Below, in pieces: positions 1 through 10,013 of a stretch of DNA of 64,000 nt. Under the pieces are notes generated by a model that was given only the letters and a program-made list of their open reading frames with translations, was not told the DNA's origin and searched no databases. Position numbers and translations under genes: made by a program. Within the stretch, counting starts at the first letter, position 1. Each line of letters begins with the position of its first letter. Origin of the DNA: Anaerolineae bacterium (lineage in GTDB: Bacteria > Chloroflexota > Anaerolineae > S140-20); assembly GCA_027021705.1 (NCBI GenBank), contig JALUTT010000048.1, forward strand, positions 64,001 to 128,000, in the 5' to 3' direction.

Positions 1-1698
1 GGGTCCCAGCGGATGCGCGTCTTTAAGCTCGCCTTTCTGGCCCACCGCTTCTACAATTCGACCAATCCCGATGAGCGAGTGGCAGCTATCGCCGATATGG
101 GAGAAGAGATTGCCCGCTTCGACACCTACCTGGTGGGCCTGCGGAACGGCGATCCCGATCTGGGGCTTCGACCGGCGACCAACGCGGCGGTGATAGATGC
201 CCTGGAGCGAAGTGCCGAGGCCTGGCAGCGATACCGGGAGACCCTGATGGACTATCTGGCGGTCCAGGACCCCGACAAGATGTTTGAGCTCCTGGGGCGG
301 ATAGACAATCAGGCCCGCCCGTTAGTGACCCAGGTAGACGCCGTTGTGCAGGCCCTGGAGGTCCAGGTTCAGGCCGATGCCCATCATAGCCAGGTCTTGC
401 TGGGGATTGCCCTGGCGTTGGGCTTGCTGGTGATGGTCGGCGCTTCTCTGACCATCCGGATGATCGGCCGTGACCTGACCCAGTTGACTATGGCCGCTGA
501 GCAGATGGCCGGCGGTGACCTGAACGTGCGGGCGGCAATAGTTCACCAAGACGAGATCGGCATCATCGGGCAGACGTTGAACCGAATAGTTGCGCGCCTG
601 AAACAGACGCTGGAAGGGCTGGAACAACGGGTGGCCGAGCGTACTCGGGAACTGGAGCGCCACTCTGCCTATCTGGAGACCTCGGCCGAGGTGGGCCGTG
701 CAGCCACTTCGATCCTGGATATGGAGAGGCTGATCCACCAGGTGGTTGAGATGATCCGCGATCGCTTTGGCCTTTACGCCGTGGACCTCTTCCTGGTGGA
801 CCCGACGGGAGAGTGGGTGGAGGTGCAGGCCAGCGCCAGTGGGCCGGGCCAGGAGGTGTCGGCTCAGGAGAGACGGCTGCGGGTTGGGGAGGATTCGACG
901 GTGGGCTGGAGCATCGCCAATGCTGCGATGCGGGTCACGCCGGTGGAACGACCCGGTGATGTCGCCGAGGCGGTCCTGCCCCTTCACTTTCGGGACCAGG
1001 TATTGGGCGCGTTGAGGGTTCGGAGCCTGCAACCTGACCTCTTTGATCAGGACTTCACCACCGTGTTGCAGACGATGGCCGATCAGATCGCCATCGCCAT
1101 TAGCAATGCCCGTCTCTTCCAACAAGCTCAAGCGGCCCTGGAGGCGGAGCGTCGGGCCTACGGGGAGATCAGCCGGGAGGCGTGGGCTCAGGTGCTCCAG
1201 GCCCGACCCGATTGGGGATACCTATGCACTGCCCACGGCCTCTACCCGACCGATGGCCCGTGGTCTCCAGAGATGGTCCAGGCCAGGCAGACGGGCCAGA
1301 TCGTCCAGAACGATGGGGAAGTCGTAGCCGTGCCGGTAAAGATTCGAGGGCAGGTGGTGGGCGCGGTGCGGTTCCGCAAGCCGAAGCAAGCGGGAGGGTG
1401 GACGACGGACGAACTGACGCTGGTGAAGACGCTGACGGAGCAGTTGGGGGTGGCCCTGGAGAGTGCCCGCCTGTACCAGGATTCCCAGCGTCGGGCCCTC
1501 CGAGAGCGGCTGACGGGTGAGGTCACAGCCCGCATCCGCGAGACATTGGACCTGGAGATGATGCTGAAGACGGCCGCGCAAGAGGTTCGCCAGGCCCTGG
1601 GGCTGCCGGAGGTAGTGATCCGGCTGACGGGCCAACCGGGCAACGGTGCCGGAACCGGGGACGTGGCTTCTGGGGCCACGGAGGAGGTGGAGCCGTGA
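1..1698 (+). CDS. Membrane sensor: NarX/PilJ-like extracellular domain, TM, HAMP, GAF, truncated GAF, half-GAF tail; no output domain (5' partial)
   Basis: Frame is open from base 1 and reads GSQRMRVFKL, resembling the NarX/PilJ P-box (AG-S-x-R-M). TM segment VLLGIALALGLLVMVG, HAMP (DEIGIIGQTLNRIV) and GAF end motif QTMADQIAIAISNARL follow. Confidence 0.8.
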   Translation, partial: GSQRMRVFKLAFLAHRFYNSTNPDERVAAIADMGEEIARFDTYLVGLRNGDPDLGLRPATNAAVIDALERSAEAWQRYRETLMDYLAVQDPDKMFELLGRIDNQARPLVTQVDAVVQALEVQVQADAHHSQVLLGIALALGLLVMVGASLTIRMIGRDLTQLTMAAEQMAGGDLNVRAAIVHQDEIGIIGQTLNRIVARLKQTLEGLEQRVAERTRELERHSAYLETSAEVGRAATSILDMERLIHQVVEMIRDRFGLYAVDLFLVDPTGEWVEVQASASGPGQEVSAQERRLRVGEDSTVGWSIANAAMRVTPVERPGDVAEAVLPLHFRDQVLGALRVRSLQPDLFDQDFTTVLQTMADQIAIAISNARLFQQAQAALEAERRAYGEISREAWAQVLQARPDWGYLCTAHGLYPTDGPWSPEMVQARQTGQIVQNDGEVVAVPVKIRGQVVGAVRFRKPKQAGGWTTDELTLVKTLTEQLGVALESARLYQDSQRRALRERLTGEVTARIRETLDLEMMLKTAAQEVRQALGLPEVVIRLTGQPGNGAGTGDVASGATEEVEP

Positions 1699-3422
1699 GG
1701 GACCTCAACAAGCTTCAAGCCATATCCACAGAGGTACAGGCTCCTGATGAGGGAGAGCAGGGAGGAGGGCTTGGGAAGATGCCGCTCTTTGAAGAGGTGA
1801 CATCCTTTCCTCCCTTCCTGCTCATTGTGGTCTTCATCGTCCTGGTCTCCGAGGCGATCGTGAGCCTTCTGTTCGCCAGCCTGCCCGTGCAGGGAGTGCT
1901 TGCCCGGCTCGTCCTTCACACCTTGGTGCTGATCGGACTGATCAGTCCCGTTCTCTACCTACCGGTGGTCCGCCCGCTCGTCCGGCGGATGGCCGAGTAC
2001 AGGCAGATGGTGGAGAGGATGCAGCGGTTCGTTAATGCCGTTGAGCAGGCAGCCGAAGCCATCGTTATCACCAACCGCGAGGGGGTGATCGAGTACGTCA
2101 ATCCCGCCTTTGAGCGGGTCACGGGCTATCGCGCAGAAGAGGCGGTGGGGAAGACGCCGCGCATCCTGAAATCGGGCCAGCACCCGCCGGGGTTCTACGA
2201 GAAGCTCTGGGAGACCATCACCGCCGGCGAGGTCTTCCAGGCCGTCTTCGTGAACAGGCGGAAGGATGGGGAGCTATACTACGAGGACCGGATGATCGCC
2301 CCGATGAGGGATGCAAAGGGACAGATCACCCACTTCATCGCGACGGGCCGGAACATCACCCGGCGCAGGGAGTTGGAGGAGCGGCTGAACGCGGTCTACC
2401 GGCTGGGCCAGGAGCTGACGTTGCTCCACGACGAGGCGGCCATCATCTATCGAGCGCTGGAGGCTGCTGTCCAGGTGCTCCGGTGCGAGATCGCCGGCTA
2501 CGCCTCGGTGGACGAGACGACGAAGACGCTGACCTATCATTACCGCTTGATCCAGGGTCAGGTCGAGGCGGTCAGCTTCTCCCTGCCCCTGACCGCCAGG
2601 GAGGAGATCGGGGTGATCGCCGCCCAGAGCGGTCAGATCGTCAGGACCTCTGACGTGAGCTCCGACACCTCCTTCGCGCTCGTTCCGGAGGCGCTCTCCC
2701 ATCGTGCTGGGTTGTGTGTGCCGATGAAGGTAGGAGGACAGGTGATCGGTGTGTTGGGTGTCGCCAGATTTGAACCGGAGCCCTTTACGGCAGCCGACGA
2801 ACGGTTGCTACAGACCTTGGCCGACCAAGCTGCCGTGGCTCTGGAGAATGCCCGGCTTGTTGCCGAAGCCCAGGAGGCCCTGGAGGCCCTGCGCCGTGCT
2901 TACGGCGAACTGAGTCGGGAGGCCTGGGCCGGCTTGCTCCGCGTCCGGCCCGACCTAGGCTTCCGAAGCACGGAGCAGGGGGTTACCAGCGCGGAGGATG
3001 TGTGGCGACCAGAGATGGAAGAGGCCATCCGGGAGGGGAAGACGGTTCAGGCCAACGGTACCGGTGGGGATACCCGGCTCCCCCTCGCCATCCCCATCAA
3101 GGTACGAGGGCAGGTCGTGGGGGTGTTGGACACCTACAAGCCCAATGACGCAGGCGTGTGGACTCCGGAGGAGGTCACGCTGCTGGAGACGATCGCCGAG
3201 CAGTTGGGTGTGGCCCTGGAAAGCGCCCGGCTGTTCGAAGAGACCCGGCGTCGGGCCTGGCGGGAGCAACTCATCAGTCAGATCACCGCCCGCATCCGGG
3301 AAGCCAGCGATGTCGAGGGGGTGTTGCGGACGGCGGCCGAGGAGCTGGGCAGGGCCTTGAACGCTGCCCGTTCCCACGTCGCCCTCCAGGTGCCCGAAGA
3401 CTCGGAGTCCGCAGGTTCGTGA
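1695..3422 (+). CDS. 2-TM, PAS, GAF, truncated GAF, half-GAF tail sensor; no output domain
   Basis: GTGA overlap with the upstream stop. PAS IEYVNPAFERVTGY..PRILKSGQH..NRRKDG; GAF LCVPMKVGGQVIGVL..LADQAAVALENARL. Confidence 0.85.
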   Translation: MRDLNKLQAISTEVQAPDEGEQGGGLGKMPLFEEVTSFPPFLLIVVFIVLVSEAIVSLLFASLPVQGVLARLVLHTLVLIGLISPVLYLPVVRPLVRRMAEYRQMVERMQRFVNAVEQAAEAIVITNREGVIEYVNPAFERVTGYRAEEAVGKTPRILKSGQHPPGFYEKLWETITAGEVFQAVFVNRRKDGELYYEDRMIAPMRDAKGQITHFIATGRNITRRRELEERLNAVYRLGQELTLLHDEAAIIYRALEAAVQVLRCEIAGYASVDETTKTLTYHYRLIQGQVEAVSFSLPLTAREEIGVIAAQSGQIVRTSDVSSDTSFALVPEALSHRAGLCVPMKVGGQVIGVLGVARFEPEPFTAADERLLQTLADQAAVALENARLVAEAQEALEALRRAYGELSREAWAGLLRVRPDLGFRSTEQGVTSAEDVWRPEMEEAIREGKTVQANGTGGDTRLPLAIPIKVRGQVVGVLDTYKPNDAGVWTPEEVTLLETIAEQLGVALESARLFEETRRRAWREQLISQITARIREASDVEGVLRTAAEELGRALNAARSHVALQVPEDSESAGS

Positions 3423-3509
3423 TGCGGTTCTCCTGGGCTTGCCAGCGTGGCGATCCGGCGGGTGGGGAGATCGCGGATTGACCCGGAGCACCGGAAGAAG
3501 GTACAGGGT

Positions 3510-5243
3510 ATGACGATGCAAGAAGAGATCCAGGAGCTGCAGGTAGAACTGGCCGCATGGCGCGAACGATTGGTTCGCGGTCTGTTGCGCGCCAGCCTGG
3601 TGGTGGGGGCTCTCGCCCTGGTCGCCGGCCTGATCAACGCCGTCACGGCTCGGGCCGTTCTGCTGGTCGTCATCTACGTGGCGGCCTACCTGGCGATGCT
3701 GGTCATCACCTTTGCCTCCCGTCTGCCCTACCTCCTGCGGGCCGGCGTCTTCCTGTTCCTCCTCTACGGGTTGGGGCTGGTGGGCCTGCTGGAAAGCGGG
3801 CTGAGCGGCGATGGACGGGTCTTCCTGCTCACCTTCCCCGTCGTGGCGACAGCCCTCCTGGGCCAGCGGGCCGGCATAGTCAGCCTGGGGCTGAGCCTGG
3901 TGACCCTGATAGGGGTGGGATGGGGGATGACCACAGGACTCCTGGACATCTCTGTGGAACAGATGGCCAACTCCACCGATCCCACCGCTTGGTTCAGCGG
4001 CAGTGTGGTCTTCTTGCTCCTGGCCCTGGCGATGCTTATCCCCACCGCTCACCTCTTGCGGGGGCAGGTCTTTGCCGCCCAGTTTGCCCGGCAGAACCGG
4101 GCCCTTCAGGAGGCCCAGGCCGCCCTTGCCGAAGTCCACCGCCAGCAGGAGGAGGCCAACGAGCGGTTGCGCCAGGCGCTGGAGGAGAGCGCACAGCGGG
4201 CTGGTCAGCTTCAGGTCATCACCGAATTGAGCCACGCCATCGCTCAGATCCGGGACCTGGATCGCCTGCTGTCGGAGGTCACCCACCTCATCGCCGATCA
4301 CCTGGGCTTCTACCACGTCGGCATCTTCCTGCTGGACGAGTCCGGTCGTTACGCGGTGCTCCAGGCAGCCAACAGTGAGGGTGGACAGCGTATGCTGGCC
4401 CGGGGGCACAAGCTGGAAGTTGGCGTTCAGGGCATCGTCGGGTACGTTACGGGGACGGGGAGACCCCGCATCGCCCTGGACGTGGGGGCCGATGCTGTCC
4501 ACTTCGATAACCCCGATCTGCCGGAGACCCGTTCGGAGGTGGCCCTGCCCCTTCGGATCGGGGAAGAGGTGATCGGGGCGTTGGATGTGCAGAGCAAAGA
4601 GACGGCGGCCTTTACCCAGATGGACGTCGTCGTCCTGCAGATGCTGGCCGATCACGTAGCCATCGCCATTGAGAATGCCCGGCTTCTCCGGCGGGTTCAG
4701 GAGGCGCTGCAGGAGGCCCGGGAGGCCCAGCGGCGCTACGTGGAGCGGGAGTGGTCGCTCTACCTCCGGCGTAGGCCCCGCCTCGAGGCCGCCTATGTGC
4801 CTATGGCCGCCCCGTCAGAGCCACCGCCGCGCACCGCTATTGAAGAAGCCCTGCGTAAAGGGGAGATGGTAGCCCTCTCGGGTGACGGTCGCCCCGCCTT
4901 CCTGGCCGTGCCCATCAAGCTGCGGGGGCAGGTCATCGGGGTCATAGACCTGCAGACAGCCGAGGAGGGCCGTCCCTGGACCGAGGATGAGATCGCGCTG
5001 GTCCGGGCCATCAGTGATCAGATGGCCTTGGCCCTGGAGAACGTGCAGCTCTTTGAGCAGACGGTGCGCCGGGCCGAGCGGGAGCATCTGGTCACCCAGA
5101 TCAGTGGGAAGATCCGCGCCTCGACCAATCTGGAGGCGATTGTGCAGACGGCTGCTCAGGAGCTGGCGCGCGCCCTGGGGACATCGCGGGTCCTGGTCCG
5201 CCTGGGGGTGGAGGAGGATGGGAAGCGGGGCATTGAGGGGTGA
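3510..5243 (+). CDS. Multi-TM membrane sensor with GAF, truncated GAF and half-GAF tail
   Basis: About 6 hydrophobic helices, then GAF GFYHVGIFLLD..TRSEVALPL..IGALDVQS. Start uncertain (GTG 3447, ATG 3510 or 3516). Confidence 0.8.
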   Translation: MTMQEEIQELQVELAAWRERLVRGLLRASLVVGALALVAGLINAVTARAVLLVVIYVAAYLAMLVITFASRLPYLLRAGVFLFLLYGLGLVGLLESGLSGDGRVFLLTFPVVATALLGQRAGIVSLGLSLVTLIGVGWGMTTGLLDISVEQMANSTDPTAWFSGSVVFLLLALAMLIPTAHLLRGQVFAAQFARQNRALQEAQAALAEVHRQQEEANERLRQALEESAQRAGQLQVITELSHAIAQIRDLDRLLSEVTHLIADHLGFYHVGIFLLDESGRYAVLQAANSEGGQRMLARGHKLEVGVQGIVGYVTGTGRPRIALDVGADAVHFDNPDLPETRSEVALPLRIGEEVIGALDVQSKETAAFTQMDVVVLQMLADHVAIAIENARLLRRVQEALQEAREAQRRYVEREWSLYLRRRPRLEAAYVPMAAPSEPPPRTAIEEALRKGEMVALSGDGRPAFLAVPIKLRGQVIGVIDLQTAEEGRPWTEDEIALVRAISDQMALALENVQLFEQTVRRAEREHLVTQISGKIRASTNLEAIVQTAAQELARALGTSRVLVRLGVEEDGKRGIEG

Positions 5244-5285
5244 GGTGACGAGGGCCGAGGGATGGGGTGAGGGGGAGCCACCGGT

Positions 5286-5358
5286 CGTCAACGAATGCGG
5301 GGAATGGGCCACCGCCGGCATCGGGCCTGTTCGTTTATTCGTTGGACATTCGTTGACG
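5286..5358. repeat. ~73-bp intergenic hairpin element (ACGAAT/ATTCGT family)
   Basis: cgtcaacgaatg (5286-5297) is the reverse complement of cattcgttgacg (5347-5358). A related element lies at 61175-61251. Confidence 0.7.
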
Positions 5359-5384
5359 GTGTACTATAGGAAGGGGAGACAACG

Positions 5385-6659
5385 ATGTTCCGAAGTGCCC
5401 GAACGATGAGGTTGCTGGTCGTTCTGTTCCTGCTCCTGCCTTTCGTCAGCGCTTGCCGTTCGGAACCACCGCCGCCGGCCGAGGTAACGATCGGGGTGAT
5501 CTACCCCTTCAGCGGGAGTCTGGAGGCCACAGGGGCTGACATCCGCCATGGCATCGAACTGGCCGTTGAGATCATCAACGGGGAGTTCAAGCTGGAGATG
5601 CCCCTGGCCTGGACGGCGGGCCTCCCCAACTTGCGGGGGGCGAAGGTGAAGGTCATTTACGCCGACCACGCAGGCGATCCCGACCAAGGAGTCGAGGCAG
5701 CCCGGCGGTTGATCGAGGAGGAGAAGGTGGTGGCTCTGGTGGGGTGCTACAACAGTAGCGTGACCGCTCCCGTCAGTCAGGTGGCCGAGGCGGCCAGTGT
5801 GCCCTTTTTGAACCCCGACTCCACGTCGCCCACCCTGACCCAACGGGGGTTCCGCTGGTTCTTCCGCACCACCGCCGATGATGCTATCTTCGTGCGCAAC
5901 TTTTTCGACTTCCTGGCCGATCTGCAGCAGGAGCGGGGCATAGCCCTCGGTTCGGTAGCCATCGTCTACGAGAACACCCTCTTTGGCACCGGCGTCGGGC
6001 AGTTGGAGCGCCGGTACGCCCAGGAGGCCGGACTCAAGGTCGTGGCCGATGTCCCCTACTCGGCCAACGCGACCAGCGTGGAGGCCGAGGTCCAGCGGAT
6101 CATCGCTTCCGGTGCCTCCCTGGTGATGCAGAGCTCCTACGCCCAGGATGCGATCCTGTATATGCAGACCTACAAGGCGATGGGCTACCGTCCCCAGGCG
6201 CTCCTGGCGATGGATGCCGGCTTCATCAGCCCGGTCTTCATCGAGACGCTGGGGGACGATGCCAATTACATCCTCAGCCGGGAGGTTTGGGCTCCAGACC
6301 TGGGGGAGACCCGGCCCCTGATCCGTCAGGTCAACACGCTCTTCCGGGGGCGCTACGGGACCAATATGACGGGCAACTCGGCCCGCGCCTTCACGGGCCT
6401 CATCGTCCTGGCCGATGCCATCAACCGGGCCGGCTCGACAGAACCCGAGGCTATCCGCCAGGCCCTTCTGGAGACCGACATCCCGGCCGAGCAGTTGATC
6501 ATGCCCTGGAAGGGCGTCCGTTTCGATTCCGAGACCGGTCAGAACACCCTGGCCCAGGGCATCATCGTCCAGATTCAGGACCGGGCTTACTACACCGTTT
6601 GGCCCTGGGACCTGGCAACGCGGGAGTTGATCTGGCCGATGCCCGATTGGGAGGAGTGA
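5385..6659 (+). CDS. LivJ/LivK-like amino-acid-binding lipoprotein (no permease adjacent)
   Basis: Lipobox VSAC; TIGVIYPFSG; VALVGCYNSSVT; FFRTTADD. SD-like aggaagggg upstream. Confidence 0.85.
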   Translation: MFRSARTMRLLVVLFLLLPFVSACRSEPPPPAEVTIGVIYPFSGSLEATGADIRHGIELAVEIINGEFKLEMPLAWTAGLPNLRGAKVKVIYADHAGDPDQGVEAARRLIEEEKVVALVGCYNSSVTAPVSQVAEAASVPFLNPDSTSPTLTQRGFRWFFRTTADDAIFVRNFFDFLADLQQERGIALGSVAIVYENTLFGTGVGQLERRYAQEAGLKVVADVPYSANATSVEAEVQRIIASGASLVMQSSYAQDAILYMQTYKAMGYRPQALLAMDAGFISPVFIETLGDDANYILSREVWAPDLGETRPLIRQVNTLFRGRYGTNMTGNSARAFTGLIVLADAINRAGSTEPEAIRQALLETDIPAEQLIMPWKGVRFDSETGQNTLAQGIIVQIQDRAYYTVWPWDLATRELIWPMPDWEE

Positions 6660-6662
6660 GCG

Positions 6663-8933
6663 ATGGCTGAGCGACCCGCACGATCCCGCCGCCGGCGCAG
6701 TCTGGCACGGCGACTCGCCCAGGCCCTTGTCCTGACCACGGTGCTCCCGCTGCTGGTCGTGGGCGTGATGCTGGTCCTGGTCAGCCGTAATGTCCAGATC
6801 CAACACGTGATCGCCCTCCACCAGGAGATCGCCGAGGAGGCGGCTCTCACCATCTCGTCCTACTTGGACAACGCCGAGAACGTGCTAAGCGCCTTCGCCC
6901 ACACCCACGATCTCACGGCTCTGGACCTGCCCTCTCAGCAGTCTGCCCTGGAGGAGCTTCTGTTCAGCCAGCCGGATGTGTTTGAGGACCTGGCCCTGCT
7001 GGACCGCTCCGGTCGGGAGGTAGTGCGGGTTTCGCACTTCCACACCTTCTTGCCCGATGAGTTGGAGGACCGGGCCGAGACCGAGGCCTTTCAGCAGGCC
7101 ATCAAGGGCGAGGTTTACACGGCTGGGGAAGCCTACATCTCGCCCTACAGCTCCCTGCCGGTGATGACGATGGCGGTTCCCGTCCTTTCCGAGGCAGGTG
7201 AGCCTGTTGGCGTCCTGATCGCCGAGGTCAGCCTCAAGACGATGTGGGACACCGTGGCTCGTGTCCAGGCGGGGCTGGCCGGCTATGCCTATATTGTGGA
7301 CCGGTCGGGACACATTGTGGGGCACACGCGGGTGAGCCGCTACTTCCGGCTTCAAGAACGGGACCTGACCTTCATCCCGCTGGTCCGGGATCTGGTGGAG
7401 GGTCGGGAGCCGGTATCTCACCTCTACAAGGGGCTGGAGGGCGAGCGGGTCATCGGGGTTCTGGCACCCATTGAGGGTACCAATTGGGCGGTCGTCGTCG
7501 AGGTCCCCACCCGTGAGGCTTTCGCCAGCCTGCGGCGTATGGTCTACCTGTTCATCGGCACCCTGGTGGTAGCAGCGTTGATGGCCGGTGGGTTGGGGCT
7601 TCTGCTGCCCCGGCGCATCATCCGCCCACTCCGCCTGCTGCAGGAGGGCGCTGCGGCCATTGGGGCCGGACGGCTGGAGCACGTCATCCAAGTGCGGACC
7701 AACGACGAGCTAGAGGACCTGGCCGAGGCCTTCAACACGATGGCGGCCCGGCTGCAGGAGAGTCGGGCCCAACTGGAGCGCTGGGGCCAGGAGTTGGAAC
7801 GGCAGGTAGAGGAGCGGACGGCCGAACTGGCCGAGGCCTCGGAGCGCCTCCACCGCCGCGCCGACCAGCTTCAGGCCATCGCCGAGGTCGGGCGTGCCAT
7901 CACCCTGGTCAGTGACCTGGACCAGATGCTCACCCAGATCACCCAACGCATCAGCGAGCGCTTTGGCTTCTACCACGTGGGAATTTTCCTGCTAGACGAG
8001 GTGGGAGAGTACGCCATCTTGCGGGCGGCGAATAGCGAGGGGGGGCAACGGATGCTGGCCCGGGGGCACCGGCTGAAGGTGGGCGAGAAGGGCATCGTGG
8101 GCTACGTTACCAGCACTGGCGAGCCTCGTATCGCCCTCGATGTCGGTGAGGATGCCGTCTGGTTCGACAACCCAGACCTGCCCCTCACCCGCTCCGAGTT
8201 GGCCCTGCCCCTAAGGGTGGGTGGCGAGATCATTGGGGCCTTGGACGTGCAGAGCACCGAGGAGGCCGCGTTCACCGAGGAAGATGTCGCCGTGCTCAGC
8301 ATGCTGGCCGACCAGGTGGCCGTCGCCATCCAGAATGCCCGCCTGCTCGCCCGCACTCAGCAGGCCCTGGCCGAGGTGGAGGAGACCCATCGCCAGTACC
8401 TGCAGCGGGAGTGGCGGGAGATCACAGCCCAGCGCGGACCGTTGGTCTACGAGTACACCCGCGCCGGGACGCCTCCTGTGAGGGAAACCCTCCTTCCCGA
8501 GATGAAGCGGGCGATGGAGGAGGGCGAGGTCGTTGCCGTGCCCATCTCCGATGGGGATGGTGGGGATGGGGCGACCGCGGGATCGGCCTTGGCCGTCCCC
8601 ATCAAACTGCGAGGGCAGGTCATCGGTGTGATAGACCTGCAGGAGATTGGAGATGGTCGGCAGTGGACGGAGGAGGAGATCGCCCTCGTGCAAGCCATTA
8701 GCGATCAGATGGCCCTGGCAGCGGAAAACGTCCGCCTGTTGGAGGAGACGGAACGCCGTGCTGTGTGGGAGCATCAGGTCCAGGCGATCACCTCCAAGAT
8801 CCGCCGTTCGCCCGATCTGGCGACCATTCTCCAGACGGCAGTGGAAGAGTTGGGGCGGGTCCTGAGAGCCGACCGAGCCCTCGTTCGTCTGAGAGTAGAG
8901 ACTCCAGAGACGGACCAAGAGCTGGAGGAGTGA
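6663..8933 (+). CDS. TM, dCache, TM, HAMP, GAF, truncated GAF, half-GAF tail sensor
   Basis: Cache-like motifs YISPYSSLPVMTMAVPV and GYAYIVDRSGHIVGH; HAMP DELEDLAEAFNTM; conserved GAF AANSEGGQRMLARGH. Confidence 0.85.
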   Translation: MAERPARSRRRRSLARRLAQALVLTTVLPLLVVGVMLVLVSRNVQIQHVIALHQEIAEEAALTISSYLDNAENVLSAFAHTHDLTALDLPSQQSALEELLFSQPDVFEDLALLDRSGREVVRVSHFHTFLPDELEDRAETEAFQQAIKGEVYTAGEAYISPYSSLPVMTMAVPVLSEAGEPVGVLIAEVSLKTMWDTVARVQAGLAGYAYIVDRSGHIVGHTRVSRYFRLQERDLTFIPLVRDLVEGREPVSHLYKGLEGERVIGVLAPIEGTNWAVVVEVPTREAFASLRRMVYLFIGTLVVAALMAGGLGLLLPRRIIRPLRLLQEGAAAIGAGRLEHVIQVRTNDELEDLAEAFNTMAARLQESRAQLERWGQELERQVEERTAELAEASERLHRRADQLQAIAEVGRAITLVSDLDQMLTQITQRISERFGFYHVGIFLLDEVGEYAILRAANSEGGQRMLARGHRLKVGEKGIVGYVTSTGEPRIALDVGEDAVWFDNPDLPLTRSELALPLRVGGEIIGALDVQSTEEAAFTEEDVAVLSMLADQVAVAIQNARLLARTQQALAEVEETHRQYLQREWREITAQRGPLVYEYTRAGTPPVRETLLPEMKRAMEEGEVVAVPISDGDGGDGATAGSALAVPIKLRGQVIGVIDLQEIGDGRQWTEEEIALVQAISDQMALAAENVRLLEETERRAVWEHQVQAITSKIRRSPDLATILQTAVEELGRVLRADRALVRLRVETPETDQELEE

Positions 8934-9890
8934 GTGGTGTCTTCCTCGCTTACCTGGGAAGCTTTTGCTCGGATGCCTTTGCCGGAAGTTGCGACGCTGG
9001 TCGGTCAGAGGCTGCGCAGCCTTCTGGTCGTCGCCGATGGCACGCAGCGCTGGTTCGTCTGCGAGAAGAAGTCGGGTAATGTCTTGTCCCAGACCTACTG
9101 GAGCGAGTACATGGAGGTGGTCAGCCGCCAGTATGCTGCCTTGCTGCACCTCCTTTTCACCCACGGCGTTCCTACCATCTTCGAGCCGCTGGTGATGCCC
9201 GTGGGGCGGAGCGAGGAGGAACTGAAGCGAGGGCTGGCCAACCTACCGCGCATTGTGGCCGACAAACCGTTCCGAGAGCTTTACGAGGAACTGGACATCC
9301 GGGTTCGCTTCTACGGCCCTTGGATGTCACTTCTGGAGGAGGTGGGACGACCGGACTTATGGGAGGTCTTGAACCGTCTGACCGAGGAAACGGCTCATCA
9401 CTGGCGTCACCGGCTCTTCTGGGGGATCTACATACCGGGGATCTCTCCCCAAGAAGAGATGGTCCGCTTCACGGTGGAGCGGGCTCGATCTGGGGCGGGG
9501 TCTGTGAGCCGAGAACAGTTGGTGGTTGCCTATTACGGTGAGCCTGTTGAACCTGTGGAAGTCGCGATCCTGTTGGCGGGACAGCCCCGGGCTGCCAGCT
9601 ATCTTCCCCCCTTTCTGGGGGATGATGCCGACTTTTACTTCACCGTCAACTCCCCGCTGGGGATGGACGCGCTGCAGTTGCGGGCCATCCTTTACGACAA
9701 GCTGTTCGCCCGTCGAGAGGCGGCCCGAGAGTACACGCGCCTCTCCCCCCAGGGGTTGGCGGAGATCCGTGAACTTTACGAACAGAATAGAGGGCACACG
9801 CTGGGCATAGGCCGCTGGTCGGAAACGGGTCAGTTCTGGTACCCGCTCCCTCAGGTGAACCTCCCTCCCACGCTCATGCCGGGGACGTAG
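8934..9890 (+). CDS. Rv3378c-like diterpenyl transferase/diterpene synthase (cis-prenyltransferase fold)
   Basis: Collinear motifs match Rv3378c as recalled: DGTQRWF (DGTRRWF), LFTHGVPTIF (LFEHGIETVI), VRFYG, HRLFWG, YYGEPV (YYGEYV), FYFTV (LYFTV), LRAILYD (LRRILYD). Confidence 0.85.
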   Translation: MVSSSLTWEAFARMPLPEVATLVGQRLRSLLVVADGTQRWFVCEKKSGNVLSQTYWSEYMEVVSRQYAALLHLLFTHGVPTIFEPLVMPVGRSEEELKRGLANLPRIVADKPFRELYEELDIRVRFYGPWMSLLEEVGRPDLWEVLNRLTEETAHHWRHRLFWGIYIPGISPQEEMVRFTVERARSGAGSVSREQLVVAYYGEPVEPVEVAILLAGQPRAASYLPPFLGDDADFYFTVNSPLGMDALQLRAILYDKLFARREAAREYTRLSPQGLAEIRELYEQNRGHTLGIGRWSETGQFWYPLPQVNLPPTLMPGT

Positions 9891-9960
9891 GAGGTAGGTG
9901 GCGGGGCGCAAGGGGCTAGTTGCAAGTTGCAAGGAGTAGGTGGCAAGTCGGGGGCGGGAG
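9891..9960 (+). repeat. Degenerate heptamer tandem repeat
   Basis: agttgca-agttgca-aggagta-ggtggca-agtcggg run between the two terpene genes. Confidence 0.45.
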
Positions 9961-10013
9961 CCCCATGAGTTGTCGTTTTGCCGGGAGTTGTACAACAAAA
10001 GGAGGCGCGGAAA

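Noticed and set aside
1489..1698. Sensors as pseudogenes truncated mid-GAF
   Set aside because: Five divergent genes stop at the same structural point with downstream genes closely following, which argues for selection rather than decay.
2955..4655. Long antisense ORFs (also 13956-15824, 33271-35094, 36952-38454, 52371-54302)
   Set aside because: Shadow frames of well-supported high-GC genes with no recognisable motifs.
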